Positions 18,033 through 27,950 of a stretch of 64,000 bases of DNA are shown in pieces. Origin of the DNA: Paenibacillaceae bacterium (GTDB lineage: Bacteria > Bacillota > Bacilli > Paenibacillales > CANHGK01); assembly GCA_947460235.1 (NCBI GenBank), contig CANHGK010000003.1, forward strand, positions 150,377 to 214,376, written 5' to 3'. Positions within the stretch are counted from its first letter, which is position 1, and every line of letters begins with the position of its first letter. Made by a program: the position numbers and the translations under genes. The notes beneath the pieces were generated by a model that searched no databases, was not told the DNA's origin, and saw only the letters and a program-made list of their open reading frames with translations.

Positions 18033-18047
18033 AATTTTCTGATAATT
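18033..18047. promoter_or_regulatory. CodY-box-like motif
   Basis: AATTTTCTGATAATT matches the CodY consensus AATTTTCWGAAAATT at 14 of 15 positions. It lies about 45 nt upstream of the extended -10 TGTTATATT (17984-17992, minus strand) of the sensor-like gene. Confidence 0.35.
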
Positions 18048-18069
18048 TACTGTACGTTGATAAGAATAT

Positions 18070-18110
18070 AAAAAAAACGCCAAGTCCAAGTGGTTCGAAC
18101 AAAGCGTTTT
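18070..18110 (-). terminator. Probable glgA terminator
   Basis: On the minus strand, AAAACGC...GCGTTTTTTTT forms a stem with a large structured loop (GTTCGAAC palindrome), followed by a T8 run. Confidence 0.5.
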
Positions 18111-18121
18111 CAATAAAAATG

Positions 18122-19546
18122 CTATAAGGTTTGATATAACTCTATATATGTGTTAGCAGACGCTTCCCAGCTAAAATCCAGTTTCGAAGCATTTTTCACA
18201 ATTTTTGTCCATTGGTCCTGATCAGCATAAGCCTTTACCGCCGCATGAATCGCTTTAAGCATATCATGTGCGTTATAAGCAATAAATGTAAAGCCATGCC
18301 CACTGCCTTCATCAGCTTTCCATGGCAACACCGTATCTTTAAGACCACCCGTTTCACGGACGATTGGGATCGACAAATAACGTAGTGCGATTAACTGTCC
18401 AATCCCGCATGGCTCAAATGCAGATGGCATAAGAAACATATCACATGATGCGTATATACGATGTGCGAGCCCTTCGTCATACTTGATTTGAATGGAAACC
18501 GAAGCAGGATATTTGGATGCTGCATGTCTGAAAAATTCTTCATAATGATAATCACCTGCACCAAGTAAAACAATTTGTGCGCCGGTATGTGCAATTTCAT
18601 CGAACACACAAGAAATCAAGTCGATCCCTTTTTGCTCGACGAGCCTTGTGACGATTGCGATCATTGGAATTGAATCATCCACTGGCAATCCAAGTTCAGC
18701 TTGCAATGCTGTTTTATTTTTACGCTTCTTGGGTAGCGATGTTTTATATGGCTCCACCAAATATCGATCGGTATTGGAATCCCAATATTCATCATCGATT
18801 CCGTTAAGAATTCCTTTTAATGATTCGCGCTTGGATGTTAATAATCCGTGCAATCCTTCCCCAAAATGCATGGACTGAATTTCTTCTGCATACGTCGGAC
18901 TAACTGTCGTAACGACGTCAGAAAAAACAATCGCTCCTTTCATCCAATTCACATCATCATAATATTCCAGTCGATCTGGTTGCATATAATAATTCACATC
19001 TAAGTTCAAATAATCTTGAACCGTATGTTTCCCAAATCTACCTTGGTATCGGAGATTATGAATCGTAAATACAGTGCGAATGACGCGATAAAACGCTCGT
19101 TCCGCATAATGTGCATGTTTGAATACCGGAATCATCGCCGTCTGCCAATCGTGGCAATGAATAACATTAGGATGAAAACCTAAAAGAGGTACAAGTTCAA
19201 GGACAGCCTGGCAAAAAAATGCGAATCGCTCTGGATCATCAATGTATCCATAAAATCCGGCACGACGGTAATAAAATTCATTATCAACGAAATAATATGT
19301 TACCCCTTCATGTTCCAATTCGAACAATCCACAATGCTGATATCGCCAGCCGATTTGGACGGTGTGTAACATACGAAATACCATTGCATCTTTGAATTTT
19401 TGCGGGATATCGCCGTATTTCGGCATAATCACCCGTACATCCGCGCCTTGTTTTTTGAGCGCCTTAGGTAAGGACCCCATCACATCTCCAAGTCCACCCG
19501 TCTTACAAAATGGAGCACACTCAGCTGCTGCCATCAAAATGTTCAT
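18122..19546 (-). CDS. glgA: Glycogen synthase (ADP-glucose type)
   Basis: The N-terminal KTGGLGDV motif is present, and the length is 474 aa. It is the last gene of glgC-glgD-glgA. Confidence 0.92.
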   Translation of the reverse strand: MNILMAAAECAPFCKTGGLGDVMGSLPKALKKQGADVRVIMPKYGDIPQKFKDAMVFRMLHTVQIGWRYQHCGLFELEHEGVTYYFVDNEFYYRRAGFYGYIDDPERFAFFCQAVLELVPLLGFHPNVIHCHDWQTAMIPVFKHAHYAERAFYRVIRTVFTIHNLRYQGRFGKHTVQDYLNLDVNYYMQPDRLEYYDDVNWMKGAIVFSDVVTTVSPTYAEEIQSMHFGEGLHGLLTSKRESLKGILNGIDDEYWDSNTDRYLVEPYKTSLPKKRKNKTALQAELGLPVDDSIPMIAIVTRLVEQKGIDLISCVFDEIAHTGAQIVLLGAGDYHYEEFFRHAASKYPASVSIQIKYDEGLAHRIYASCDMFLMPSAFEPCGIGQLIALRYLSIPIVRETGGLKDTVLPWKADEGSGHGFTFIAYNAHDMLKAIHAAVKAYADQDQWTKIVKNASKLDFSWEASANTYIELYQTL

Positions 19547-19566
19547 CGTCCGGGTTCCCCCTCAAA

Positions 19567-20679
19567 TTAAATCACTTTGCGTTTATCGGCAACGAATTGT
19601 GCCGTTTGATCCCCAATCAATACTTTACCTGGTCGGATGATGACATCTTTATCGAGGATCGCATTTTCGATAATTGCATGCTCACCGATTTCGCACCCTT
19701 GCAAAATAATACTGTTGATCACCGTTGCACCTTTATGGATTTTCACCCCACGGAACAAAACACTGTTCTGAACTTTGCCTTCAATGACACAACCATTTGC
19801 AATCAAAGAATTCGTTGCCAGTGCTTCACTGTTATACTTCGCAGGTGGTTCATCTTTTACTTTTGTAAAAATTGGATTGCGTGAAAGGAATAATTCTTTC
19901 CAAACTTCAGGTTGAAGCAATTGCATGGTGTTGTAATAATAGCTTGGAATCGTATTGACGATCCCTAAATGTCCATTAAATTCATACCCATGAACTTTCA
20001 GTTTTTGCAAGTTTTTCATAATACCGTCACGAACGAAATAATCATACCCTTGAGCCAAGCTACGCTCAACGATTTCGAGTAATAATTCTTTACGCAATAA
20101 AAACATATCCATACTTACTTTTTTACTTTGTTTCAAACTGCGGTTGTACTCTTCAATCATCGTCACACGACCATCCGGATTGACATCGATGCGACGTGCA
20201 CGTGCAAACGTATCCGAATCCACTTCTTGATAGATCATCGTAATGTCTGCACCCGTTGAAATGTGTTGCTCGAGTACCGGACGAAAATCGATTTGGCACA
20301 CTTGATGACTTCTTGTCACCAATACATATTGTTCGCTTCCGCGTTCAAAGTAATCACGATTACGATTAAAATTGTACAAATCACCTTTCATCAACTCACG
20401 GGTTTCATCGACTGCCGGTGGAAGAATGAATAATCCCCCGCGCTTGCGATCTAAGTCCCATTCTTTCCCAGAACCTAGATGATCCATCAGTGAGCGATAT
20501 TTCGTATGTGCAAACACGGCTACTTTTTCGATCCCAGAGTTAACCATATTTGACATCACAAAATCAATTAAACGGTACCTTCCGCCAAACGGAACAGAGG
20601 ATACACAGCGATAATTCGTTAATTGCTCTAATTGATCTGGTTCATTCACCAAATTAATAACACCCATAATTTGCGACAT
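19567..20679 (-). CDS. glgD: Glucose-1-phosphate adenylyltransferase regulatory subunit GlgD
   Basis: It is a paralogue of GlgC that lacks the GGxGxRL motif and has a left-handed beta-helix C-terminus. It is positioned between glgC and glgA, as in Bacillus. Confidence 0.85.
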   Translation of the reverse strand: MSQIMGVINLVNEPDQLEQLTNYRCVSSVPFGGRYRLIDFVMSNMVNSGIEKVAVFAHTKYRSLMDHLGSGKEWDLDRKRGGLFILPPAVDETRELMKGDLYNFNRNRDYFERGSEQYVLVTRSHQVCQIDFRPVLEQHISTGADITMIYQEVDSDTFARARRIDVNPDGRVTMIEEYNRSLKQSKKVSMDMFLLRKELLLEIVERSLAQGYDYFVRDGIMKNLQKLKVHGYEFNGHLGIVNTIPSYYYNTMQLLQPEVWKELFLSRNPIFTKVKDEPPAKYNSEALATNSLIANGCVIEGKVQNSVLFRGVKIHKGATVINSIILQGCEIGEHAIIENAILDKDVIIRPGKVLIGDQTAQFVADKRKVI

Positions 20680-20685
20680 CGCTAC

Positions 20686-21828
20686 TCACCCTTCCGCCAG
20701 TTTAATGTGATCAAATCCGCCAATCAGCGTAATATCACCATCCGTATTGCCAACTTCAGCACCAGCATCGATTATCGTACCTTCACCAATAATAGAACGA
20801 TGAATTTTCGCACCTTTACCAATTTTTACGTTTGGCATAATGACTGAATCCGTAATACGTGCATCTTCAGCAACTTCAACCCCATAAAACAAAACCGAGT
20901 GATCAACTTGTCCAAATACCGAACAGCCCTCATTAATCATCGAGCGTTTTACATCGGCGCCAGGTGCAATATACATTGAAGGTTGATATGGATTTTGGGA
21001 ATAAATCCGCCAAGATTTATCATTTAAGTTTAAAGACGGTTCATTTTCGAGCAAATCCATATTCGCTTCCCACAAGCTATCGATCGTACCCACGTCTTTC
21101 CAATAGCCTTGAAACGGATATGCGACCAAATTCTTTTGATCGCGTAACATCGCAGGGATGACGTCTTTGCCAAAGTCTTTGCTAGAATGTTGGTCTTCCT
21201 CGTCTTTGATCAAATATTCTTTCAGTACTTTCCATGAGAAAATATAGATACCCATCGATGCCAGATTGCTTTTGGGTTTCTTTGGTTTTTCAGCAAATTC
21301 AGTAATTTGCCACTGCGAATCAGTAGCCATAATCCCGAAACGACTTGCTTCTTCCCATTTCACTTCAATCACTGCAATCGTTGCATCGGCATTTTTTTGC
21401 TTGTGATAATCGAGCATTAAACTATAATCCATTTTATAAATGTGATCACCTGAAATAACCAATACATATTCTGGATCATATTGCTCGATAAAACTCATAT
21501 TTTGATAGATGGCATTGGCAGTTCCGCGGTACCAGTCGGCACCTTTTTGACGCTGATAAGGAGGCAAGACGGCTACGCCGCCATATTTTCGGTCCAAATC
21601 CCATGGTGAACCGATCCCCAAATAGGAATTCAAGACAAGCGGTTGATATTGTGTCAATACACCAACCGTATCGACGCCTGAGTTCGTGCAATTGCTAAGG
21701 GTAAAATCGATAATGCGGTATTTACCTCCGAAATGAACGGCAGGCTTAGCGAGTTGATTCGTTAACAACCCCAACCGGCGTCCTTCGCCGCCAGCTAAAA
21801 GCATCGCTACACACTCTTTTGTTCTCAT
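20686..21828 (-). CDS. glgC: Glucose-1-phosphate adenylyltransferase
   Basis: [28 protein letters not shown] and the EKP motif are present. The product is 380 aa. Confidence 0.92.
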   Translation of the reverse strand: MRTKECVAMLLAGGEGRRLGLLTNQLAKPAVHFGGKYRIIDFTLSNCTNSGVDTVGVLTQYQPLVLNSYLGIGSPWDLDRKYGGVAVLPPYQRQKGADWYRGTANAIYQNMSFIEQYDPEYVLVISGDHIYKMDYSLMLDYHKQKNADATIAVIEVKWEEASRFGIMATDSQWQITEFAEKPKKPKSNLASMGIYIFSWKVLKEYLIKDEEDQHSSKDFGKDVIPAMLRDQKNLVAYPFQGYWKDVGTIDSLWEANMDLLENEPSLNLNDKSWRIYSQNPYQPSMYIAPGADVKRSMINEGCSVFGQVDHSVLFYGVEVAEDARITDSVIMPNVKIGKGAKIHRSIIGEGTIIDAGAEVGNTDGDITLIGGFDHIKLAEG

Positions 21829-21880
21829 GTCTCTGCTCCCTTCCTATTTCCCATCTTTTTTTCTACAATTCTATTTTCCT

Positions 21881-23350
21881 TTAGGATGGATACAGTGTAA
21901 AGAGTTTTTGAACAATTTTCTTTGCAGCGCGAACACAATCCGGAATTCCAACACCGTCATAATCAGCACCGATGAATTCCACATTTGGAAGATCCACTTC
22001 AAGATTTGTCCGAAGACGTGCGACGTCATCTAAATGACCAACCGGGTACTGCGGAAGTGCGCACGAATAACGATTAACGATCGCTTCAAGTGGTTCAGTC
22101 CACCCGGAACCGAGTACACATTTCAAACCATCCACCGCTCGACTGACGAGTTGTTCATCCGTTTCGTTCATCCATGATGCATCTTCAAAACGGCCAATAT
22201 ATGTACGTATCATGGTTCGATTGGTTGGAGCAGAATGAGGCCATTTTTGACTTGTAAATGTACAAGCGGTAATCGAAAGATGTTCCGTACGCGGCACGAC
22301 AAAACCACTCCCACGGGGCAAAGCAGGTACGATTGACTTATCAAAGATCAACACCACATTGGCAACGCTGGCCCGATCACCGCGCTTTAATAGTGGTTTT
22401 TTTCCGAATGGAAGATCAAACATTGCGTTTGCTTTTTCATTAGGCATCGCAACAATCACGTGATCCGCAACATATTGATGGCCTGTCGTAGTCGACACGC
22501 AATAGCCATGATCTGCCTTGCGAACACTCGTTACTCGTTGCCCCATTTGAATCGACATACCCATCTTTTGAATGTGTGTAACTAGCGTTTCAATCATATG
22601 CCCCAATCCTTTACGAAGCGTAAAAAACGAACTTCCTTTCAGTTGTGGCCATCGCTCAAACACCCCACTTGACTGCATGACTTCACGACGTTGTTGCTGC
22701 CATTTTTTCATTCCACGAATCAGACTTCCGTGGAAACGCAGTGCATCTGCCAACTGAGGAAATGTAGCTTTTGCGCTTAATTTTGCAGGATCACCGGCGT
22801 ACACTCCGCCAATTAACGGCTCAACTGCTTCATAAAACCAATTTGCACCTAGACGTTTTTTCACAACGGTTTCGAGACTTGCATCTTCCCCCCGAGCGAT
22901 CCGTCCATCTCCGGGTAACATCAAATCAAGCCATACACGCCATCTGCCCCATCCATTCACCAAATCACTTTCTCGCCACGCCCGAAAATCAGTAGGGACC
23001 CCTAGCGGGAATTGCGGCGAGATCCTTCGTAATTTCCCATCTCTCCAAATGGATGCACCGCGACTTGTAGCCGGTATACCGACAACCTCAGACGAAAGAC
23101 CCAGATCGTCAACCAATTGCAATCCTTCCGATTTCGTCGTCAAAATCGAGTCGGGACCATATTCGATGACATAGTCATCCTGCCTTTGCGTTTGAATAAT
23201 TCCACCCAATGTCTCCGTAGCTTCAATCAGAGTCACTTCGGGCCTCAGCCCATTCTGACTAACCGGCCAATCATGATGAATATAAAAAGCGGCGGAAAGA
23301 CCTGTTATGCCTCCGCCGATAATTACTATTTTTTTAGGTGTATCTGCCAT
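21881..23350 (-). CDS. hemY: Protoporphyrinogen/coproporphyrinogen III oxidase (HemY/CgoX)
   Basis: The FAD-binding N-terminus is IVIIGGGITGLSAAFY. The product is 489 aa. It is the last gene of hemE-hemH-hemY. Confidence 0.88.
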   Translation of the reverse strand: MADTPKKIVIIGGGITGLSAAFYIHHDWPVSQNGLRPEVTLIEATETLGGIIQTQRQDDYVIEYGPDSILTTKSEGLQLVDDLGLSSEVVGIPATSRGASIWRDGKLRRISPQFPLGVPTDFRAWRESDLVNGWGRWRVWLDLMLPGDGRIARGEDASLETVVKKRLGANWFYEAVEPLIGGVYAGDPAKLSAKATFPQLADALRFHGSLIRGMKKWQQQRREVMQSSGVFERWPQLKGSSFFTLRKGLGHMIETLVTHIQKMGMSIQMGQRVTSVRKADHGYCVSTTTGHQYVADHVIVAMPNEKANAMFDLPFGKKPLLKRGDRASVANVVLIFDKSIVPALPRGSGFVVPRTEHLSITACTFTSQKWPHSAPTNRTMIRTYIGRFEDASWMNETDEQLVSRAVDGLKCVLGSGWTEPLEAIVNRYSCALPQYPVGHLDDVARLRTNLEVDLPNVEFIGADYDGVGIPDCVRAAKKIVQKLFTLYPS

Positions 23351-24333
23351 TATGTAATCGTCTCTTCACGAACGGCTACATGTGGTAACTTTTGCAACAC
23401 CACATCTGCCAACGTCGCGATATACATCGGATCTGTATTTAATGAATCCGTTCGCTTCAGCAAAATTCCTTCTTCCGTTGCTACCGTTTGACATTCGATA
23501 TCAATATCATAAAGCACTTCCAAATGATCGCATACGAATCCAATCGGACAAATTAGTGCATATTTCACATGTTGTTCGCGTGCAATGGTGCGAAGCACAT
23601 CTTGAATATCCGGTCCTAACCAAGGCATGCCGTTTTGACCGGCGCTTTGCCAAGCAAACTGCCAATTCGTCACATTCGTTAATGCAGCGATACGCGTTGC
23701 CGTCTCATTCAATTGATCCGGATACGGATCTCCATTTTCCAGGATTTTTTCTGGAAGACTGTGCGCACTAAAAATAACGCGAATGTCGTCTTTATCAACG
23801 CCTTCTGCCTTAAATGCATCCAACTGTTTTTTGACGCGTTGTGCTAACGCGGTCAACAACCACGGGTGGACATGGTAACTTGTAATCCCAACAAGGAAAA
23901 TCCCATGTTTTTCAGCTTCTGCTTCAGCACGTTTGATATAAGTAGCAACACTATACGTCGAAAAATGTGGGGCAAGCACAATTGCAATGGCAGAATCAAA
24001 ACCGTCGGCAGCAATTTGTGATATCCCATCTTCAACAAATGGTGTCACATGCTTCAACCCTTGATAACATTTGAATTGTAAGCCAACGTCCAATTGATTC
24101 AAGTGCTCTTCCAATTTGATGACTTGATCATCCGTATTTTTACGAAGCGGGAACGTTCCACCAATGCGAGCGTATCGATCCGTTAAATCTTTTAATTGCT
24201 CCGCTGATGGCGGTCTGCCATGACGAATATGTGTATAATATGCTTCGATTTGATCCATATCTACTGGTGTTCCATAGGATAAAACAAGTACTGGGATGAC
24301 TCCATTTTTTGGTTGAACTAGTTGTGATGTCAT
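23350..24333 (-). CDS. hemH: Ferrochelatase (coproporphyrin ferrochelatase HemH/CpfC)
   Basis: It is a ferrochelatase-family protein of 327 aa. Its start overlaps the hemE stop (ATGA) and its stop overlaps the hemY start. Confidence 0.88.
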   Translation of the reverse strand: MTSQLVQPKNGVIPVLVLSYGTPVDMDQIEAYYTHIRHGRPPSAEQLKDLTDRYARIGGTFPLRKNTDDQVIKLEEHLNQLDVGLQFKCYQGLKHVTPFVEDGISQIAADGFDSAIAIVLAPHFSTYSVATYIKRAEAEAEKHGIFLVGITSYHVHPWLLTALAQRVKKQLDAFKAEGVDKDDIRVIFSAHSLPEKILENGDPYPDQLNETATRIAALTNVTNWQFAWQSAGQNGMPWLGPDIQDVLRTIAREQHVKYALICPIGFVCDHLEVLYDIDIECQTVATEEGILLKRTDSLNTDPMYIATLADVVLQKLPHVAVREETIT

Positions 24334-25427
24334 GTTCTCAATCCCTTCATCATTTCCATCGCGTTGCTGCGGGAGTATTGTTGTACAAACTGCGTCAATT
24401 CTTTCAACGTTTCCATCGGCGCTTCAGGAAAAAGACCATGTCCCAAATTGAAAATATAACCGGGTTGTTCTGTACCTGCTCGAATGATTTCTGCCGCCAT
24501 TTGTTCCAATTGATCTTTTGGTGCAAATAAGGCATATGGATCTAAATTGCCTTGAATTGCCCGATGCTTCACCCCTCCAGCCAATCGAGTTCGCGCTTGT
24601 GAAATGGGCGTTCTCCAATCAATCCCGATCACATCTGCCTGGACTTGATCTAGAGAACGAAGTAATTCCCCGCTGTTTATACCAGGAAAATAAATTAGCG
24701 GCGCTCGGGTGGCGCTCGGTTTCATTGCTTGTAAAGCTTGTAATTTACTGAAAATACGTTCAATCGTTGGTAAGACGTATTTTTCAAAATCAGGGACACT
24801 TAAAGCGCCTACCCAACTATCAAATACTTGCACCGCTTGTGCGCCAGCTCGAATTTGGGCGTCTAAATAGGAGACAACCATATCACCTAGTTTTTCCATA
24901 AGCAGCGCCCAAGTTGCCGGTTCACGGTACATCATTTGTTTCGTCTTGGCATACGTCCTCGATGGACGACCTTCCACCAAATAACTAGCAATTGTAAATG
25001 GTGCACCAGCAAATCCAATCAACGGTACGTTTAATTTTTTTCGCAACAGTTTAATTGTTTGTAAAATATGCGGTAACCCTTCTTCTGCAACAAGCGGACG
25101 AAGTGCCAGTACATCAGCATAAGAGCGGATCGGATTATCGATGACCGGTCCGATATTCGAAACAATATCAAATTGGATGCCCATCGGAGCAACCGGATTC
25201 ATAATATCAGAATATAAAATCGCTGCATCTACACCGAGTTTTTGTATTGGCATCATCGTAATTTCGGCAGCCAATTCCGGTTGACGGCAAATTTCTAGCA
25301 ATGAATATTTTTCTTTAATTTTTCTATAATCAGGATCGTACCTGCCAGCTTGTCTCATATACCAAACTGGTGTAGAAGCTGTCCGTTCACCTCGGCATGC
25401 CCGCAAGAAAATAGATGTATCTTCCAC
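24330..25427 (-). CDS. hemE: Uroporphyrinogen decarboxylase
   Basis: PVWYMRQAGRY is present near the N-terminus. The GTG at 25427 lies 7 nt after GAAGGAGG and aligns with the B. subtilis HemE start. The 25484 start in the ORF track is probably too long. Confidence 0.88.
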   Translation of the reverse strand: MEDTSIFLRACRGERTASTPVWYMRQAGRYDPDYRKIKEKYSLLEICRQPELAAEITMMPIQKLGVDAAILYSDIMNPVAPMGIQFDIVSNIGPVIDNPIRSYADVLALRPLVAEEGLPHILQTIKLLRKKLNVPLIGFAGAPFTIASYLVEGRPSRTYAKTKQMMYREPATWALLMEKLGDMVVSYLDAQIRAGAQAVQVFDSWVGALSVPDFEKYVLPTIERIFSKLQALQAMKPSATRAPLIYFPGINSGELLRSLDQVQADVIGIDWRTPISQARTRLAGGVKHRAIQGNLDPYALFAPKDQLEQMAAEIIRAGTEQPGYIFNLGHGLFPEAPMETLKELTQFVQQYSRSNAMEMMKGLRT

Positions 25428-25521
25428 AAAAATGCCTCCTTCGACATCAAAAAATCTTAATTCACTACTTAACATTATGGTCAATATTCTTAACTACTGC
25501 GAGTCAATGCAATGATTTTCT

Positions 25522-25549
25522 TTGAACATTTCGTGATGATTGTTATAAT
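25522..25549 (+). promoter_or_regulatory. Putative strong sigma-A promoter (extended -10)
   Basis: TTGAAC-N16-TATAAT is preceded by TGT (TGTTATAAT). It is divergent from hemE. Confidence 0.55.
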
Positions 25550-25576
25550 CAAATGGAAAACATGGAGGCGGTTACA

Positions 25577-25858
25577 ATGGACAAAAAAAATCCCTATTCA
25601 CGGGCACGAACAGTCACCGGAAAAATCAATCGACAACCTGGCCATTACTTTGATATTCGTGATGAAGGCGACTCAAAAAACAATGATCGTGATCTCGTGG
25701 ATTGTCTAAAATGTAAATTTTTCTACGTAACATGGGAACCTGCATTTCCCCGTGGTTGCAAATTATTTCAGTTCAAAACCGCCAAATTGCCGAGTGATTT
25801 AGTGCTCGAATCAACCGGCCAATCTTGTCAGCAATTTCAACCCAAACAAAAAAGGTGA
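25577..25858 (+). CDS. Small Cys-rich protein (93 aa), probable zinc-binding, unknown function
   Basis: The ATG at 25577 lies 8 nt after GGAGG. The cysteine pattern is CLKC-x16-C-x26-C (DCLKCKFFYVTWEPAFPRGC...QSCQQF). It has its own promoter and terminator. Confidence 0.6.
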   Translation: MDKKNPYSRARTVTGKINRQPGHYFDIRDEGDSKNNDRDLVDCLKCKFFYVTWEPAFPRGCKLFQFKTAKLPSDLVLESTGQSCQQFQPKQKR

Positions 25859-25901
25859 TACCCGAATGGTTTAATGAAACCATCAGGAGATCACCTTTTT
25901 T
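25849..25901. terminator. Bidirectional terminator with nested hairpins
   Basis: The outer stem is AAAAAGGTGAT / ATCACCTTTTTT and the inner stem is ATGGTTT / AAACCAT. It lies between convergent genes. Confidence 0.85.
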
Positions 25902-25909
25902 GTACTCAT

Positions 25910-27946
25910 TTATTTAACCGTTGCATTCACTTGCGATTCAAACAATTTCACACGATCCGTAAAACCTTCGAAAATATTGTAAACAGGATTCACAATCAAT
26001 AAGGTTACCATTTTTCCGTTTTGAGCGGACATCGTATCGATCCAACCATTGGTGACATCTAATTTAATCATCGTTACAATATCATTTTTTCGAAGCGATG
26101 CATTGGATGCCTTAAAATCTTCTGCGGTCGCAAATTGTGGTATTTTCTTCGCCTCTTCTAATCCCAGGCGTAAATATGCATAATTTTTGGTGGTCGCATC
26201 CAAACATTGTTTCGCATTCGGATCATCCGGATGATACTTCAAAAACACATCGTTTACATGGCAATCCGTCGTGATGACCAACTCACCGGTTAGCGGTTGT
26301 ATTCCTTTAAATTCAGTCGTGACCAACATTTCTTTTTCGTCTTCGGTCATCGGTGCAACTGTACTCATACCAAGCGTAAATGTACTCGAACTACTTCCAA
26401 ACGGAAAATGAAAAATAGAGGATGATTGATCTTCCAATGTTCTAGATACACGAAGCATGTTTGTATCGGTCAAAACAATATCTCCAATCAAGCCTTTCTT
26501 CAATTCAAACAACGGTACCGCTCCCGGTTGTAGCTTTCCATTCAATTGATTTTCCAAGCTTGTTGAGACATTTAATGTCATCACTTGCTGTTCTGTACGG
26601 AGCAACAACTGATCTGCTGTTACATATCGTGCACCTTGAATAGAGGCTTGATCTGAATGATACAAGATGACCGGAGCAGGTGTGATAGGATTATTTGCAT
26701 TTGCAATGCTCGTTCCAACGATCGTGTCGTTAATTGCATTTGAGAATGCACTCTTCGAAACAATCGCGATTTGATTCGAGGAACCATTTCCAATTGAATA
26801 ATTGATGTTTCGATTCAAATAACGCTTTTCTTCCATTACTGCAAGCAAATCACGATTGACGAAAAGATCCTCTGGGTGCTGATCGATCCACGATGACACT
26901 GCCAATAAATCTTTTGAAGCGGATATACTGTTATTAAAAAATGTAAATGCTATTTTTTGCGTGTTATCTTGTACTGGTGTTTTGCATCTCGATCCGCTAA
27001 GTCCTGAAAATGGTAAGAGCAATTTGAAGAAACATTTGCGTTCCGAATTTAATCCCGTAAGCTCAATGGACGAACCGTTTATTTGGATGCGGTTAGACAA
27101 TGCCGTCCAATTATAAATTCCATTCAAAATTGCCGATGTTTGATTCTCTACTTCAATGGATGCTTGTGTTGCATACCCTGTCGACTTGCGTTCGATAATC
27201 GAGATTTCACTCGGTATCGTGTCTGTTATTGATGAATACCAAAAGGTCACAAGTAAATCAGGTAATAAATAATGATTTGCTACCGCACCACCAGTAATCT
27301 TAGAAACTTCACTTGGCTGTCCCCATTTTTGAATAATTGATTGTTTTGATGTGTATGGCGCAATCCCTCTGAATAATTCACCACTAACATTCGCATTCGA
27401 CGGGATGATCAATTGTCCCGGATGTCTATTTTTAAATTCTTTTAATGTACTGACTGATTGCCCTAACGTACGCGGGACATATTGTACGTTTGTATCATAA
27501 TCAATCACCGATTCATTCAACCACTCTGCTTGGTTTACATGATCGATTGGTGGGCGCCAACCGTTCGACATTGCGTTCACTACCATTTTCCCATACTGTG
27601 TACGCGGAATCGGGATGATACGTAGTGCTCGATATTTTTTCACATTCGAATATTGCCTATCGCTCAGCGTTACTCCGTTTTTGGAATCCATATGCATTAA
27701 GCCTGAGCGGAAAGGTATTTTCGTCTCATTCCAACCGATCACTTGGAATGAAAGTTCATCTAATCCCTTACACAAATAATTAACGTTGCTGATCCCATTT
27801 TTTTGATTCAGTAACGCAGCCATACTTTTAGCGCTCTCACATAGGTTTTTAACCAGAGGTTTATTTTTAGCCGTTGCTGCAAAAGACACGTCAAACGCGA
27901 TCAAAAACAACGTTAAACTTGCGATCAATACGATGATCTTTTTCAA
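25910..27946 (-). CDS. Secreted 678-aa protein of unknown function
   Basis: The TTG start lies 7 nt after AGGAGGA, which sits inside the last codons of the upstream MFS gene. The Sec signal peptide is MKKIIVLIASLTLFLIAFDVSFA|A. There are six Cys in three closely spaced pairs. I recognise no domain. Confidence 0.7.
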   Translation of the reverse strand: MKKIIVLIASLTLFLIAFDVSFAATAKNKPLVKNLCESAKSMAALLNQKNGISNVNYLCKGLDELSFQVIGWNETKIPFRSGLMHMDSKNGVTLSDRQYSNVKKYRALRIIPIPRTQYGKMVVNAMSNGWRPPIDHVNQAEWLNESVIDYDTNVQYVPRTLGQSVSTLKEFKNRHPGQLIIPSNANVSGELFRGIAPYTSKQSIIQKWGQPSEVSKITGGAVANHYLLPDLLVTFWYSSITDTIPSEISIIERKSTGYATQASIEVENQTSAILNGIYNWTALSNRIQINGSSIELTGLNSERKCFFKLLLPFSGLSGSRCKTPVQDNTQKIAFTFFNNSISASKDLLAVSSWIDQHPEDLFVNRDLLAVMEEKRYLNRNINYSIGNGSSNQIAIVSKSAFSNAINDTIVGTSIANANNPITPAPVILYHSDQASIQGARYVTADQLLLRTEQQVMTLNVSTSLENQLNGKLQPGAVPLFELKKGLIGDIVLTDTNMLRVSRTLEDQSSSIFHFPFGSSSSTFTLGMSTVAPMTEDEKEMLVTTEFKGIQPLTGELVITTDCHVNDVFLKYHPDDPNAKQCLDATTKNYAYLRLGLEEAKKIPQFATAEDFKASNASLRKNDIVTMIKLDVTNGWIDTMSAQNGKMVTLLIVNPVYNIFEGFTDRVKLFESQVNATVK

Positions 27947-27950
27947 TGGA

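Noticed and set aside
18085-18100. GGTTCGAAC, resembling a tRNA T-arm
   Set aside because: No acceptor, D or anticodon arms can be built around it. It is the loop palindrome of the glgA terminator hairpin.
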